From contig OX597830.1 of NCBI GenBank assembly GCA_951406725.2, positions 47,430,001 to 47,494,000 on the forward strand: a DNA stretch of 64,000 nucleotides, in the 5' to 3' direction. Source of the DNA: Octopus vulgaris. Lineage: Eukaryota. The position numbers were made by a program, and so were the translations under genes. The notes under the pieces were generated by a model. The model did no database searches and was not told the DNA's origin. It saw only the letters and a program-made list of their open reading frames with translations. Positions 24,901-38,349 of the stretch are shown here, in pieces (within the stretch, counting starts at the first letter, position 1; every line of letters starts with the position of its first letter).

Positions 24901-26365
24901 TTATTGAGGGCCTCACAGACTCAGTCCTTTAGCTCAATGGTTACTCCTAATTATGGTGCATATGTAGAGATAACTGTTGCTCTTAGGTTACTAACCATAA
25001 CTAAACTAAACTTAATTCTTTCTATCACATACTCTACCTTTCTTAATCACTTTGTCCATTTCACTGCCACCAACTCCTGGAATATGACTGACCATTAAGA
25101 ATCTGTTTGAGCTTCCCCTCCATCTTGCATGCAGCACATATCTACTGGCTTCTGTTCCAGCATCTCTACAATCTTTCCACACTTTTCACTGTGCCTAGGC
25201 TTGCACTAGTCAAGAAGCGGGGAAGAGGGTTCCAGTGGTGAGTAGGTGGTTGTTATGCAAACACACAGCCCCAGGTTTGATTCAACTATGTGACATCTTG
25301 GGCAAGTTTCACTGACCATAGTCCCAGATTGAACCAAGCCCAATGAGTGAAACTGGGTAAGTTCCTACCAGTAATTCCAAACACCAGCTTCATCACACAG
25401 TGTTCCACTTATTCTGCTTAAGGGTACAAATATCTGTGGAATACTCAACCACTAGAATTCAATCAGTCGACAATCCTGGGGATTGAACAGATGAAATATT
25501 CATAACCAAAACTGCTAGGTGCAGTTTATTGCACATTACCAGCCCTGGAGGGGTTGTCTTGTCCTCAACATTTGTTCACCAGGCACTGGACAAAATGTAC
25601 TGGGTGCATTGTATCGTGGCTCTAGTGAGGCCCTCGGCAAAGCTAAGGTGTCCTCTCTATTCCGTGTTGTCTCTGTTCATTGAACACAATGTGGCTGAGA
25701 AGGTAAATATGAGAACGATGAAGAAGGGCAAAGCAGAGCAAGAAGACAAGAGAGAGAGATAGATATTATAACTGGGGAGACAGAGAAATAGGAACAAGAT
25801 GGTAATAGAGGAGGAAGTATTGGAAGAGAGAGAGAGAGAGACAAGTAAGAAGCAGCCGTATGTTGGTTGTTTGGGAGGGAGATTCAGTAGAGAAACAACA
25901 TGGACGTAATATCATGGGGGGGGGGGGGACAGTGAATGGAAGAAGAAAGAGTAACAAAGAAGAATGAAGAGAGAGAGAGAGAGTAATGGTTAGAAATAAA
26001 GAAGGAATTGAATATAAAAAGGATACAGTGTGATCCCTGTTACACAGGTGACATGAAGCAGGTAAAAGTAGAGCAAGAAAAGACAGTGACAGCTCCAAAT
26101 CTCATCCGCTCTCTCGTTATTACCATCAGTTTTACCTTGCAAAGGAGGCAGATCTTTTCAAGCACTGTAGGTTATCACTCATCGCCCTTCATCTATCACC
26201 TCCTTCAGAAGAGTCAACTTCTCAAGATCAGTCTCCATTACTTCATCCAGCATCTTCTTCCTTTGTCCCCATTCACAAAAGGCAACCTCAACACAACCGA
26301 CATCCTCCTCCACAAACGATATGTTTGTTAAGCTTTTCACTCAGCTTATTTGTAATCCATCAAGT

Positions 26366-26735
26366 GGTGGAGGCGCAATGGCCCAGTGGTTAGGGCAGCG
26401 GACTCGCGATCATAGGATCGCGGTTTCGATTCCCAGACCGGGCGTTGTGAGTGTTTATTGAGCGAAAACACCTAAAAGCTCCATGAGGCTCTGGCAGGGG
26501 ATGGTGGTGATCCCTGCTGTACTCTTTCACCACAACTTTCTCTCACTCTTACTTCCTGTTTCTGTTGTACCTGTATTTCAAAGGGCCGGCCTTGTCACTC
26601 TCTGTGTCACGCTGAATATCCCCGAGAACTACATTAAGGGTACACTTACACATTACACATTAATTTCACAAGCAGGCTGTTCCGTTGATTCGGATCAACT
26701 GGAACCCTTGTCGTCGTAACCGACGGAGTGCTTCC
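26366..26735 (+). mobile_element. Full-length SINE family C with 12-bp TSD
   Basis: tRNA-like head tggcccagtggttagg / ggtttcgattccc. TSD AATCCATCAAGT at 26354-26365 and 26736-26747. Confidence 0.9.
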
Positions 26736-26759
26736 AATCCATCAAGTATCACACATTCA

Positions 26760-27620
26760 GCAGAATATGCTCAACTAATTTCTTTCTAGCCTTCGCTTAG
26801 TATCCCCCAGTCAAGGCCCAAGTCTTTATACTATTCAGTAGCACATGTTGTACACAAATGTCACAGAATCTGCTCTTCACTATGAAACAGAAACCTTTCC
26901 ACTTCATTTCGCTCTGGTTATTCTGTTTTTGGAACACATAACTTCGTTAATAATTCGGTCACCTGCGAAACAAAAACTGCCAATTGAGCCATTTGGGCAT
27001 TTGAAAGACAATTTGTTGTGTACTCTACCGTTTGTGTACTTTCTCTGACAATCGACCTCTCATTGCAATACAGCTCTTTTGCATCCAGAGTCTACACTGA
27101 ATGCATCGCATAAAATTTCTACCCATTGATTTCCTGTATTTCAAAAGAGAACCCTATATTTGATAACCGTAGGGTCTTGCCTTCTTTCCTACAAACTAAA
27201 AAAAAACTTTGGTCTCAGTTAGGTTTACTTTGAATTCTCTCAATTCAACGTTTTGCCTTCACATTAGGAATTTCTTCTCTTAATCTTCTAAGGTATAAGA
27301 ACTAGGTCACCACCAGTATAGAGGAATTTCCACAGACAGCTAATCTTCTATTTATGGCTTGCAGAACTATAATAAACATAAACAAGAAGGGGCTGAGAAC
27401 TGAGCCCTGATGGACTGCTACCTGCAAGCTAAATTCTTCAATGAATTCATGCCAATTCATAGCTCGTTGACTGCATAGCTGTACATAGCATCCACCTAAT
27501 CCTAGTTTCGTGAGCGATCGCTAAACTACAACAGAGACTGGAATGCTGTCAAAGGCCTTCTCCAGGTCAACAAATGCCAGTTAAGAGTAACTTTTCTTCA
27601 GTATTTCGCCCACTGGTGTT
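26760..27620 (-). mobile_element. Decayed RTE LINE reverse transcriptase
   Basis: LAFVDLEKAFDSI (27541-27580), VHQGSVLSP (~27400), followed by a Cys-rich insert (RCIQCRLWMQKSC). Confidence 0.75.
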
Positions 27621-28515
27621 TCACTAACGAAAAAAAAAAATTAAACACTAATAATTTATCCATTTAATTCCTTTCAATAATTCTTAATCTTTTCATTTCA
27701 AGTTTTGCTCCATTTTCTTAACATCTTTCTTTTTGTCTGACTGACTTACTCAGTGCTTGGCTGTTGGCTCTCTTTCTGTCAATCTCCCACTTATTTATCT
27801 AATTCTCATCTCTTTATAAATTTCTCTCTCTTCCATCCCTCGATGCTTTCTCCTTCCAAATTCCTACAGCGTGACAGAAAGATGGAAACCAGCAAACAAA
27901 AACAAAAGACACACGAGTAGGTGTTTTATAGAAGGATTAAGCAAAGTAGATGGCCAGAATCGTTAGAAGGTTGGCCTTTAAAATACTGAGCTCAAATCAT
28001 TTTCACAAATAAAGTACCAGTTAAGTATTGGAGTCGATGGTGCAAAAAAACCCCAAATCCCCTGAAAAGCATTCGGTTCCGACGACAGGTGACACGAGAC
28101 GAACTGGGGTACCCTGCTGTGACATCAATTATTATCCGAACTGTATAACACCCTTCGTTACTACTGTCAGCGCAACACATATACCATCATTCACACACAC
28201 ACACACTCCCTCTCTAAAAACGGGGCCCCCTTTAAAGGGACGAAACAAGACATTATATATATATATATATATATATATAATACAAATAAGAAAATGGAGA
28301 AACAAATTTAGTTTGTTCATCAACTTAGGATATTATAATGTTGGATTATTTATTCATTTTACAAAATAATAGCATACATATATATCTTATAATTCAATAA
28401 ATGAGTTAATTGCATTGCAATTAAAAACATTTATGTATTAAGAATCTGGGTACTATATAACAGTATATTGGATACTATCCCTTAGTGGGTTACACCCATA
28501 ACCCCTAACTTACTT

Positions 28516-28572
<57 letters not shown>

Positions 28573-29245
28573 CGAGAGAGAGAGAGTGCCCGTTGTTCCA
28601 CGACGTGAATTAAAAACTCGCTTCCTCTCTCTCTCTCTGTTGGACCATCCCAGAAATTAAGATTAACAATTAGAACAGCAGTGTGATGATATATGCCAAC
28701 ATCGTGGCTATTAATAGTTATGTCCATTGTTACCATCATCATTATCATCTTAATCGTTAATTATCATTATATAAGGATGTTAATATTGATTTTTCGGGGG
28801 GAAGGGGGTCTTTTGGGCCTGTTGAGCAACAGTATTTTATCAACCTCACGTTTGTGTGTGTCTGTGTATGTAATACGTGCCACACTCAATGGGAGTATTT
28901 CATAAACATGTACGTACATGTGTGTTTGTGTATGTTTTTTTTTTATTTTTGCATTCACGCACATGAGCCATAAGCAGATCTCATAATTATTTCTCACGAT
29001 ACACACACACACACACATATATATATATACATATATATATGTGTGTGTGTGTGTGTGAGTAAAAGAAAGAAGTTTGGGCTACGAAAATTACGATTCCTCT
29101 ACAGATATCAACATACAAATATGTAAAGAGGGAGGGAGAGAGAGAAGGAGAGAGAGAGAGAGAGTGTGTGTGTGTGTGTGTGTGATTCCGAAGGGAGTGT
29201 AAAAGTATGAGCTTTCATCGCCGAAATATTTCCCCATCAAATCAT

Positions 29246-29288
<43 letters not shown>

Positions 29289-29321
29289 TATATACATAAG
29301 ACTGCTAGTAACGAAGGAATG

Positions 29322-29373
<52 letters not shown>

Positions 29374-30648
29374 AGGATGTGCTGGTTCGTGGGAACAAAG
29401 GTCGTCACAAATTAAATAAAGAAGTCAAATTCTAAAGAATCACAGCCTCAGATGCGTGTGTTTATGTAATATTACAACATATGTGGCGTAGGTGCCTGTG
29501 TATTTACCAACAATATGTACGATATCGATGTGCGAATGTGTGGAGTCTATAGACAATCAGTGCTGAGCACACGAGGTTTTATTTATTATATGCATTAATA
29601 GAGAGCTGGACGGTGTGAGAGAAAGACGTGTACATGGATCGGTATATATATATATATATTATATATATATATATACACACATATATACATACGTAAGGGA
29701 GAGAGGATGGATGGATGAATAACTAAATAAACAAAGGAAGTAAAAGGTGAAGAAACAGATTTAAAGGGCTTGTGGGTCTACATATGTCAGACAGACACAC
29801 TAAATATAATTTAGAGACACACATTCATGCATTAAAGACATTTAATTTAGACGCACGCACATAGGCATTAAAGACGTTTAGACGTTCATGCTTAAATTGG
29901 ATAAATTTCGACACAGGCACACACAAATACAGACATAACATTTAAAAACACACACATGAGGCATCATTAAATATATACACACCCAGACATACCATTTAGA
30001 CAAAGATAGACAGAGAGGCATTAAACACATCAATTAGACATAAACACATACATGGACATTGCTTTTAGACATACACACACGTGTATTAATATATATATAT
30101 ATATATATATATAAGGATACACAGAACATACACATGTACTGGAAATTATTTCAACGTACAGGGATTATTTAGACATTTAGATATTAATAAGAGACAGGTT
30201 GACACACAACAACACGAAGAGCAATAAGACAAAAACGATAAGGAAATATATACAAATATGTATAGACTACACTGAGACAAATATAGACACAGACATGTGA
30301 ACATAAACCATATATACAAAACACACATCGGCATAGATATATATATACACAAGACAGAATTACTAAAAAAAGGAACAGATCTAGTATAGAACACACATGA
30401 CTATAAACACACAAAGATAAATGCGTGTGTCTGTGTATATATAATATATAATATAAATAGGCAATATATAATTATAGACCAATTCGTAAACAGGCATAAA
30501 TAAGCATCGAGAATTTATCCATCTGAGACTGGGGCCCAAATTAAGGACCTAATAAATATGCATTAAAACAGATAATAAGGAAGAAAGCTTTGCAAGTGTT
30601 ACATGTTATTTCGTTTAAGATTTAGATTATCCAAAATAAAAAACTTAC

Positions 30649-30844
30649 CTGTTCCTTCGGGTCGGCTTCCTAAAGTTTTAACCCAAATTAATTGTCGAGT
30701 TTCCAGTCTAACGCTCAAGGTTCGTTTCTCGGGTTTCTTCCTTGGGAAGAATAAACCGACCACTAATCCACGTTCCAAGTCCCGAAGAACTGTATTGATA
30801 TCGTTCCCCATTCCATTAGGCATACTGAGGGGAATACCAGCCAT
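30649..30844 (-). CDS. PLCG1: Phospholipase C-gamma, first coding exon (start of N-terminal PH domain)
   Basis: MAGIP..VLRDLERGLVVGLFFPRKKPEKRTLSVRLETRQLIW..RPEGT matches the PLC-gamma N-terminus (human LEVGTVMTLFYSKK..RPERKTFQVKLETRQITW..EGA). Ends at CAG|GTAAGT donor; 196 nt, phase 1. Confidence 0.9.
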
Positions 30845-31018
30845 GTTTGGCTAAAAGAGGCTTTTTTTTCTTCTCAAAGTTATTATTTCTCCTCTAGGAT
30901 TATTTGGAATTGGTTCGGATACAATTTTATGAGTATTCCTTTTAGTCTTTCCAATGTCAAATATTTGTTTTCCTTTCCTGAACATTCAAGCTTAAAACAC
31001 CCATCCATACATAATACA

Positions 31019-31073
<55 letters not shown>

Positions 31074-31099
31074 GTATATATAGAGCGAGCACTTGCTAC

Positions 31100-31580
31100 G
31101 TTCGTTGATGACGGCGAATGGTGTTGTTGAAAAAAAAAAGATATGTATAAAAGCTTTGTTGAGGTTGATTTATCATAAATAATATAAAAACTGTGCGTCG
31201 TTCTCGCCACTGTATTAGTGTACGGTGCGTGTGATTGTGTGTGAATGGAGCAACAGGTAAAGAGTTCCTAATTTGCCTAGAGGCTCCGCATTTTTATAGC
31301 AGCATCATAATAGGACCAGAGAAAAATATTTCCATCAGTAAAACCGAAAAGGACGACATCGAGTCTAAACCCCCCCCATAATAACAGATATGAAATAGAT
31401 TTAAGAAGAAAGTAAAGGAAAACGAGAAACAATATCTTACAAACAAGAAGAACATAAGACGACAACAAAAGACCGTTGTTAGCGGGCTGGAGGAAGAAGA
31501 AAAAAAAACCCAACAGACTCTTGGCCGCCTTTTCTTGCTTATCTCTCTCTCTCTCTCTCTCTCACTCTTACTCTTACACA

Positions 31581-31618
<38 letters not shown>

Positions 31619-32313
31619 CACAAACACAGAAGTGCGCGCACACTCACCTACACTAAACTGTTGCTTGTTGTTGTTGTTCAAATTCCCCCCATATACATAC
31701 ACATATCTATCTTAATGCATACACACAATCTGAACGTATTTCTTCATATATCTATGCACATACACACACATACACATACATTCACACACATACACGCTCA
31801 CACACATTCACACACACACACACACGCACTCACATCGGATCGGTTCTGACCGAAGTATCCGATCGGGACGAAATACTTTTGCGATGGAAAGACACTTCTT
31901 AACAGCATAAAGCAACAACAACAAAAAAATCCTTTTCTTCTTCCTCCCTCACTGCTTTCTATGGTGCTTTCTATGTCTCTCTCCTTCGTTTTGTACTCCG
32001 ATGCTGGCGAGTAATAATAATGATGTCAGCTGCCACCATCCACAACTAGTTCCTCTCTCTCTTATTGTTCACCAGAACCAGTCCCAGCCCATCGTCATCG
32101 TCGTCAACATTCTTACCAGAATTTTCATCACGGCGGCGATGTCAGCAGCAGCATCAAATATCTCAGTAAATATATAATAATAAGTTGGGCCAACTTTTGG
32201 GGATTATCCTCCTGCGAACCAACTGCTGTAAATAGCTGTTCATAGAGAACACTTTGAACAGGAGTTCGTGCCCGGAGATTTTCGTCTAAAAGTCACGTTA
32301 GCTTGTCGCCCGA

Positions 32314-32330
<17 letters not shown>
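31100..32330 (-). promoter_or_regulatory. Probable promoter/5'UTR region of the PLC-gamma gene
   Basis: Largely free of recognised TEs, locally CpG-richer and immediately upstream of the ATG. Candidate donor CTG|GTAAGA at 32117/32116 and acceptor CTTTTAG| at 30851/30850. Inference only. Confidence 0.35.
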
Positions 32331-32356
<26 letters not shown>

Positions 32357-32536
32357 ATTATCTATTTATCTTTCTCTTTCTCTCTAAATTTCTTTCCTGG
32401 AAAGTGCTTAAATTCTGATTTAAACATTTTTTTTTTTTCGTATGAGAAAAGAAAACGAGTTTTTTTGTCTGGTTTCAGCCAAAACAGCTTCAGCACCGCC
32501 TTTATATATGTATATATATATATATACACACACACA

Positions 32537-32598
<62 letters not shown>

Positions 32599-32645
32599 TA
32601 TAATTTACATATATATGTATATGTATGTATATATATATATATATG

Positions 32646-32680
<35 letters not shown>

Positions 32681-32687
32681 ATGTATA

Positions 32688-32734
<47 letters not shown>

Positions 32735-33116
32735 TAAATAACTAAAACATATGCATATATACATACATATATGTATGTACCTACCTCTACATGTATATAT
32801 ACATGCATATATGGGTACAGGACACCAAAAAAAACGTCGAACACAATGAGAAACGAAAACATAAACACAAAACCAAGGAAATGGACATTTTTCTTAAACA
32901 ACGAAAAAATAGAGTACAGGACATACAACACAAGGAAAATTCCCCTTCTTCAGTCGCCTTTGTTTCATCTACTCCACGTTTCGAATGTCATGTTTGAAAG
33001 TACTAGTTCATTCAGAATGGACATTTAATATTTTATCATTTCATTATATTATATTATAAGATTGTAAATAAAACGTGGAAATCAAAGTTGGAATTTCTTT
33101 GAGTAATATATATATA

Positions 33117-33345
33117 TCATCATCTTCATCATCATCGTTTAACGTCCGCTTTCCATGCTAGCATGGGTTGGACGGTTCAACTGGGGTCTGGGAAGCCCGA
33201 AGGCTGCACCAGGTCAGTCAGATCTGGCAGTGTTTCTACAGCTGGATGCCCTTCCTAACGCCAACCACTCCGAGAGTGTAGTGGGTGATTTTATGTGCCA
33301 CCGACACAGGTGCCAGACGAGGCTGGCGAACGGCCATGCTCGGAT
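33117..33345 (-). mobile_element. SINE family B
   Basis: Near-identical inverted counterpart of 35690-35913. Confidence 0.8.
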
Positions 33346-33419
33346 ATATATATATATATATAACTTTGATAATTTGGTAGCTTTTGGCCAGTATAGGCCC
33401 AGGCCATGTCTAACTTAAC

Positions 33420-34150
33420 AGCACCACCTGGTGAAGTCTTTTAGTCATGTATAGGGTACCAGGGCCCACTCTAGCAAAGAGTTATTATTGCTGGAGACAT
33501 ATCCGGGTGTAGGAGGTTGGTCCGGGATTTTTTTAAGCAATTTGTCCAGTGAACATTTGAATTTTATGGGAACCACTTCCGTTTTGACATATTTTGGTAT
33601 GGTACTAAAGAGAGCTGGACCGGTTGAGGTAAAGTAATTGTGACATAATGTTGCTATGTGTACTGAGTTGGATTTTTGTAGTGGGCAGATAGCACAGGGG
33701 CCAAGTCTTGGATGGATTTTAAATTTGATGCCAACATCATTTGTACAATATTGATGGGATGTTTTCCACATAACACAAGTGATGTAGCACTCCCGGCGGC
33801 ATTGGAGAGAATAGAGATTGAGTTTTTTTAATCAATGCCTCTCATGCTGTCTATCTTTCTTGTTATTGACCTCTGGAGTGCTTCTACTTTCATAATGAGT
33901 TGCTTTGTATGGGGGAACTACAATGGACAACAGTATTCAAGGTGGGGTCGTGCAAAAGTAGGGTAGGGAAGAATGAGGGTGTCGGCAACTCTAGACTGGA
34001 AAGTTCTCAGAATCTAGGAGCACATCTTGCGGGCCAAGTCAGCCTTGCTGTTTATGTGGGAACTCCAGCTTAGATTGTTATCGACTATTACTCCAAGGTC
34101 TCTGGTGTTCCTGGATGACACTAGGGAATCGCCTGAGGGAAGAGCATATG
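33420..34150 (-). mobile_element. CR1-group LINE ORF2 3' relic
   Basis: ILRTFQSR..ARPHLEYCCPL..KVEALQRSITRKI..LKKLNLYSLQCRRE..GPALFSTIPK..FKCSLDKLLKKIPDQPPTPGY..NSLL. Confidence 0.8.
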
Positions 34151-34451
34151 GTAATTTCAGAGTTTCCTATTTTCCAAAGTGTATATATGCATATATGCAT
34201 ACACACACACACACACATATACATATGCATATATATTTGGATATACACGCACACATATATATATATGTGAAAATATATATATGGATATATATATATGTAT
34301 ATATATATATATGTAAATATACTTTATTTAAAGCAGCAGAAAATTCAACAAAATCTGTTTTTCTGCTGCTTTAAATAAAGCATATTACTCTACCACTGGT
34401 ATTTGAGTACTCTTTTTTCCACCTTGTTTCACATTCATGTGTTTACTCCGG

Positions 34452-34495
<44 letters not shown>

Positions 34496-34941
34496 TATAT
34501 ATATGCACATATATATGGATATATGTGTGTGTTTGTGTGTGTGTGAGTGTGTGTGTGTGGATATAGAGCAATAAGAAAATGGAGGGGATCAATAGGTGGT
34601 ATTCATCAACTTTTAGACATTATATTATGTCAATTTATTTATTATTAGATGCATTATATTATTCATATTAGGTAAAATATAAGCAGAGGTATGAGTAAGT
34701 GATAAGAGGAGTAATATTGTAATTTATAAAATCAATATATCTTATTTTAGCTATGTAAAAATGAAACTGCATATACATGAGGAATACACATACACATACA
34801 TACATATATATATACACACATATATATTTCCGTACAAACATACTCATAGGTACAATAATAATAATAATAATTGATTCTTTTGTATGCATATACATGCAAA
34901 TATGCATGTACATTTAAGTGTAGGTATACGTATTTATGTAT

Positions 34942-35104
34942 AGGTGCAGGAGTGGCTGTGTGGTAAGTAGCTTGTTTACCAACCACATGGTTCCAGGTTC
35001 AGTCCCACTGCGTGACACCTTGGGCAAGTGTCTTCTACTATAGCCTTGGGCTGACCAAAGCCTTGTGAGTGGATTTGGTAGATGAAAACTGAAAGAAGCC
35101 TGTC

Positions 35105-35143
<39 letters not shown>

Positions 35144-35354
35144 TGTGTGTGTCTGTGTTTGTCCTCCTAACATTGCTTGACAACCGATGCTGGTGTGTTT
35201 ATGTCCCCGTTACTTAGCGGTTCGACAAAAGAGTCCGATAGATTAAGTACTGGGCTTACAAAAGAATAAGTCCCGGGGTCGAGTTGCTCGATTAAAGGCG
35301 GTGCTCCAGCATGGCCGCAGTCAAATGACTGAAACAAGTAAAAGAGTAAAAGAG
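34942..35354 (+). mobile_element. Full-length SINE family A
   Basis: ggagtggctgtgtggtaag (A box), aggttcagtccc (B box), ccttgggcaagtg core, internal (TA)n(TG)n, tail gtaaaagagtaaaagag. Confidence 0.9.
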
Positions 35355-35584
35355 TATGCATGTGTATATAAAAGTATGTAGATGTGTGTGTATTTATATT
35401 TATAACTTAACCTTATGACAAAGCCCAGAGAAACACCCAAGTACCTCAATTTCATCTACTAATTACTTCAGTCCACTGAAGGGATAAAAGTAGAATGGAG
35501 GTATTTTTGCCTCTTGGCTGAAACAGCTGTAAGATATTATCCCAATTTCTTTTGCTATATGTTATATATTTTAATAATTACTGA

Positions 35585-35913
35585 TGGCCGTAGCCAGTAC
35601 CGCATCGACTGGCCTCCGTGCTGGTGGCACGTAACAAACACCATCCGATCATGGCCGTGCTGGTGGCATGTAAAAAACGCCATTCAGGGTGGCTGTTCGC
35701 CAGCCTCGTCTGGCACCTGTGTCGGTGGCACATAAAAAGCACCCACTACACTCACGGAGTGGTTGGCATTAGGAAGGGCATCCAGCTGTAGAAACACTGC
35801 CAGATCTGACTGGCCTGGTGCAGCCTTCGGGCTTCCCAGACCCCAGTTGAACCGTCCAACCCATGCTAGCATGGAAAGCGGACGTTAAACGATGATGATG
35901 ATGATGATGATGA
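35585..35913 (+). mobile_element. SINE family B
   Basis: Repeated gctggtggcacgtaa modules, family B body, (GAT)n tail. Confidence 0.85.
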
Positions 35914-36237
35914 CTGATATTTTTATATTTTATATATTATATATGTAAAGCATAATATGTTATACATAAATAAATAAATAAATTGACATAATATAAAGTC
36001 TAAAGGTTGATGAATACCGCCTCTTGATCCCCTCCATTTTCTTATTTCTCCATAAATTAATGGTAAAATATCTCTTTAGCTTCACCCATTTATTACACTC
36101 GGTAATGTAATTGCCATGCAATGAAAAAACACTTGTGTATTAATAATTGGGTATTCTACCAGCAGTATATTGGATAGATATTATCCCTTGGTTTGTTGGA
36201 TTCACAAACTCTAACTTTCTTGGAATATATAAATATA

Positions 36238-36628
36238 TAGGAGTGGCTGTGTGGTAAGTAGCTTGTTTACCAACCACATGGTCCTGGGTTCAGTCCTACT
36301 GCGTGGCACCTTGGGCAAGTGTCTTCTACTGTAGCCTCGGGCCGACCAAAGCCTTGTGAGTGGATTTGGTAGACGGAAACTGAAAGAAGCCCGTCGTATA
36401 TATGTATGTATATATATATATGCGTGTGTGTGTTTGTCCCCCTAGCATTGCATGACAACCGATGCTGGTGTGTTTATGTCCCCGTTACCTAGTGGTTCGG
36501 CAAAAGAGACCAATAGAATAAGTACTGGGCTTACAAAAGAATAAGTCCCGGGGTCGAGTTGCTCGATTAAAGGCGGTGCTCCAGCATGACCGCAGTCAAA
36601 TGACTGAAACAAGTAAAAGAGTAAAAGA

Positions 36629-36629
<1 letters not shown>
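36238..36629 (+). mobile_element. Full-length SINE family A
   Basis: Highly similar to 34942-35354. Confidence 0.9.
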
Positions 36630-36687
<58 letters not shown>

Positions 36688-37639
36688 TAGATAGATAGAC
36701 AGCACCATCATCAAATCAAATTTCACAGCTTCTTCACATGTAACCTGGAATATTAGAATCTGCCGCTCTTCTCAATGTGAGAAATTGTGTCTGAAGCATG
36801 ACCGTTCCTTCACTCATCTTCCAGGGTCTCGATACACTATTCAAAACATGGCTTCACACCAACACTAAATCCATGTAGAACCATCTCTTACATTGGCAGT
36901 GCAGGTCCAGACTTTTCCCAAAACTCAGATGCCACCTGGGTATTCACTGCAAACCATAAAACCTCAATCACATCCAACAGTGCAACCATTGCAACTCCAA
37001 GCAGAAACCCCTTCCAAGAAAATTTTGTTTTAGCCATGATGAATCAGGCAAAGGAAATCAAACACAACCTTCTAGCTCTCACACAGAACCAACTACTGCT
37101 GCTACCCCAGGGTACAAATACACACTATTACCATCATGAGCCCACAAACCCAACTCCATAATAATGTTGAATGTACAAGGTCACAAATCAAACAAACATA
37201 AGCCAGAGTACCTTGCACACAAAGGAAAAAGACAATATATGTAGCACTAAGTGAAACTCATCTGACCCCGGATGCAGAAATAGTGCAGGTTGTCTACGAC
37301 GCAGAACTGACCACACAATATGGAAATCAAGAGGACTAGGGTTCTTCCTTTCTGAAGACTTAGTAAAAAGAGTCGTCGTCGTCCTCCTCCCACATAGAGT
37401 GCAATGCACTAATAACCTATGTGAAAGGCATCACTTGGCTCTTAGGCATTACCGACTGTCCTCCTGATGTGGTCAACCATGGAGAACGCTTCAGAGATGC
37501 TTTGTTGCTTCATAAGTCAGACTCTAAGTGATGCCAACCCACAGACCAATTTACTTTTTAACATGGAACTTTAATTTTCCTATTTTCAACTGAGGGCTAT
37601 ATCTAGCCTGGAACTGAACAACTAAACTGGGGAGGTACG

Positions 37640-37810
37640 AATAAGCTTCTTGACACCACTGAAGACTTCTGCAGGCAACAAATTATTACCCGTCCAACTA
37701 CAGGGAAATAACATACTCAACCTTGTCTTTACCACCAATGCAGACTTCTTTTAGCAATGTTCAGGTGATTCCAACTGCTATTTCTGAGCACAGCATTATA
37801 CAATTATCTT
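37640..37810 (+). mobile_element. CR1-group LINE APE relic
   Basis: QIITRPTTG/NNILNLVFTTN..ISEHSII resembles the PTRGxNILDLVF..SDH motif. Confidence 0.6.
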
Positions 37811-37849
37811 GTATATGGTTCAAAGAAGGCAACACACACAAACAACATC

Positions 37850-38232
37850 AAACATGGCTCTTTTAGCTAAAGGGTTTAGCTCTCCAGGTTGTTCATGCTG
37901 ACATGGTTGCTACATTAGGGGAAGATGCTCCAGATTTATCAACGGTGCAAAAGTGGGAAGCTGAATTTAGGAGGTGACAGAGGAGTCTTAGAGATGACCC
38001 AGACTCCTGATGTCCTGCAACTGCCACCATCAAGGAAAACATCAGTCGTGTTCATCACATGGTGATGGATAACAGGTGATTGGCTATAAGTCAAATAGTC
38101 GTTGCTAGTGACATATTCTATGAGAGACTTGAGAATATTCTGCACAATGAACTTGGCATGGTGGAGGCTTCTGTTCAGTGGTTGCTATATCTTTTGACGC
38201 CTGACCAAATGCGCAGCAAGCTGATCTCAAAA
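37850..38232 (+). mobile_element. mariner transposase N-terminal relic (HTH region)
   Basis: HADMVATLGEDAPDLSTVQKWEAEFRR..LRDDP..ENISRVHHMVMD..LENILHNELGM..VQWLL.LLTPDQ; WVPRLL-like motif with stop codons. Confidence 0.8.
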
Positions 38233-38349
38233 TGAGAAAATCTACAGTTCTATATTTAAGAGATGAGGAATTATTTACATTATTTACATTTGATGTCAAA
38301 TATAAATATTGTAAATAATGAGCATATAGTGCGTTTGTATATTTTGGCA

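Noticed and set aside
30599-30648. Tail of the 81-aa PLC-gamma ORF (GKFFILDN...)
   Set aside because: Lies past the GTAAGT donor and is intronic.
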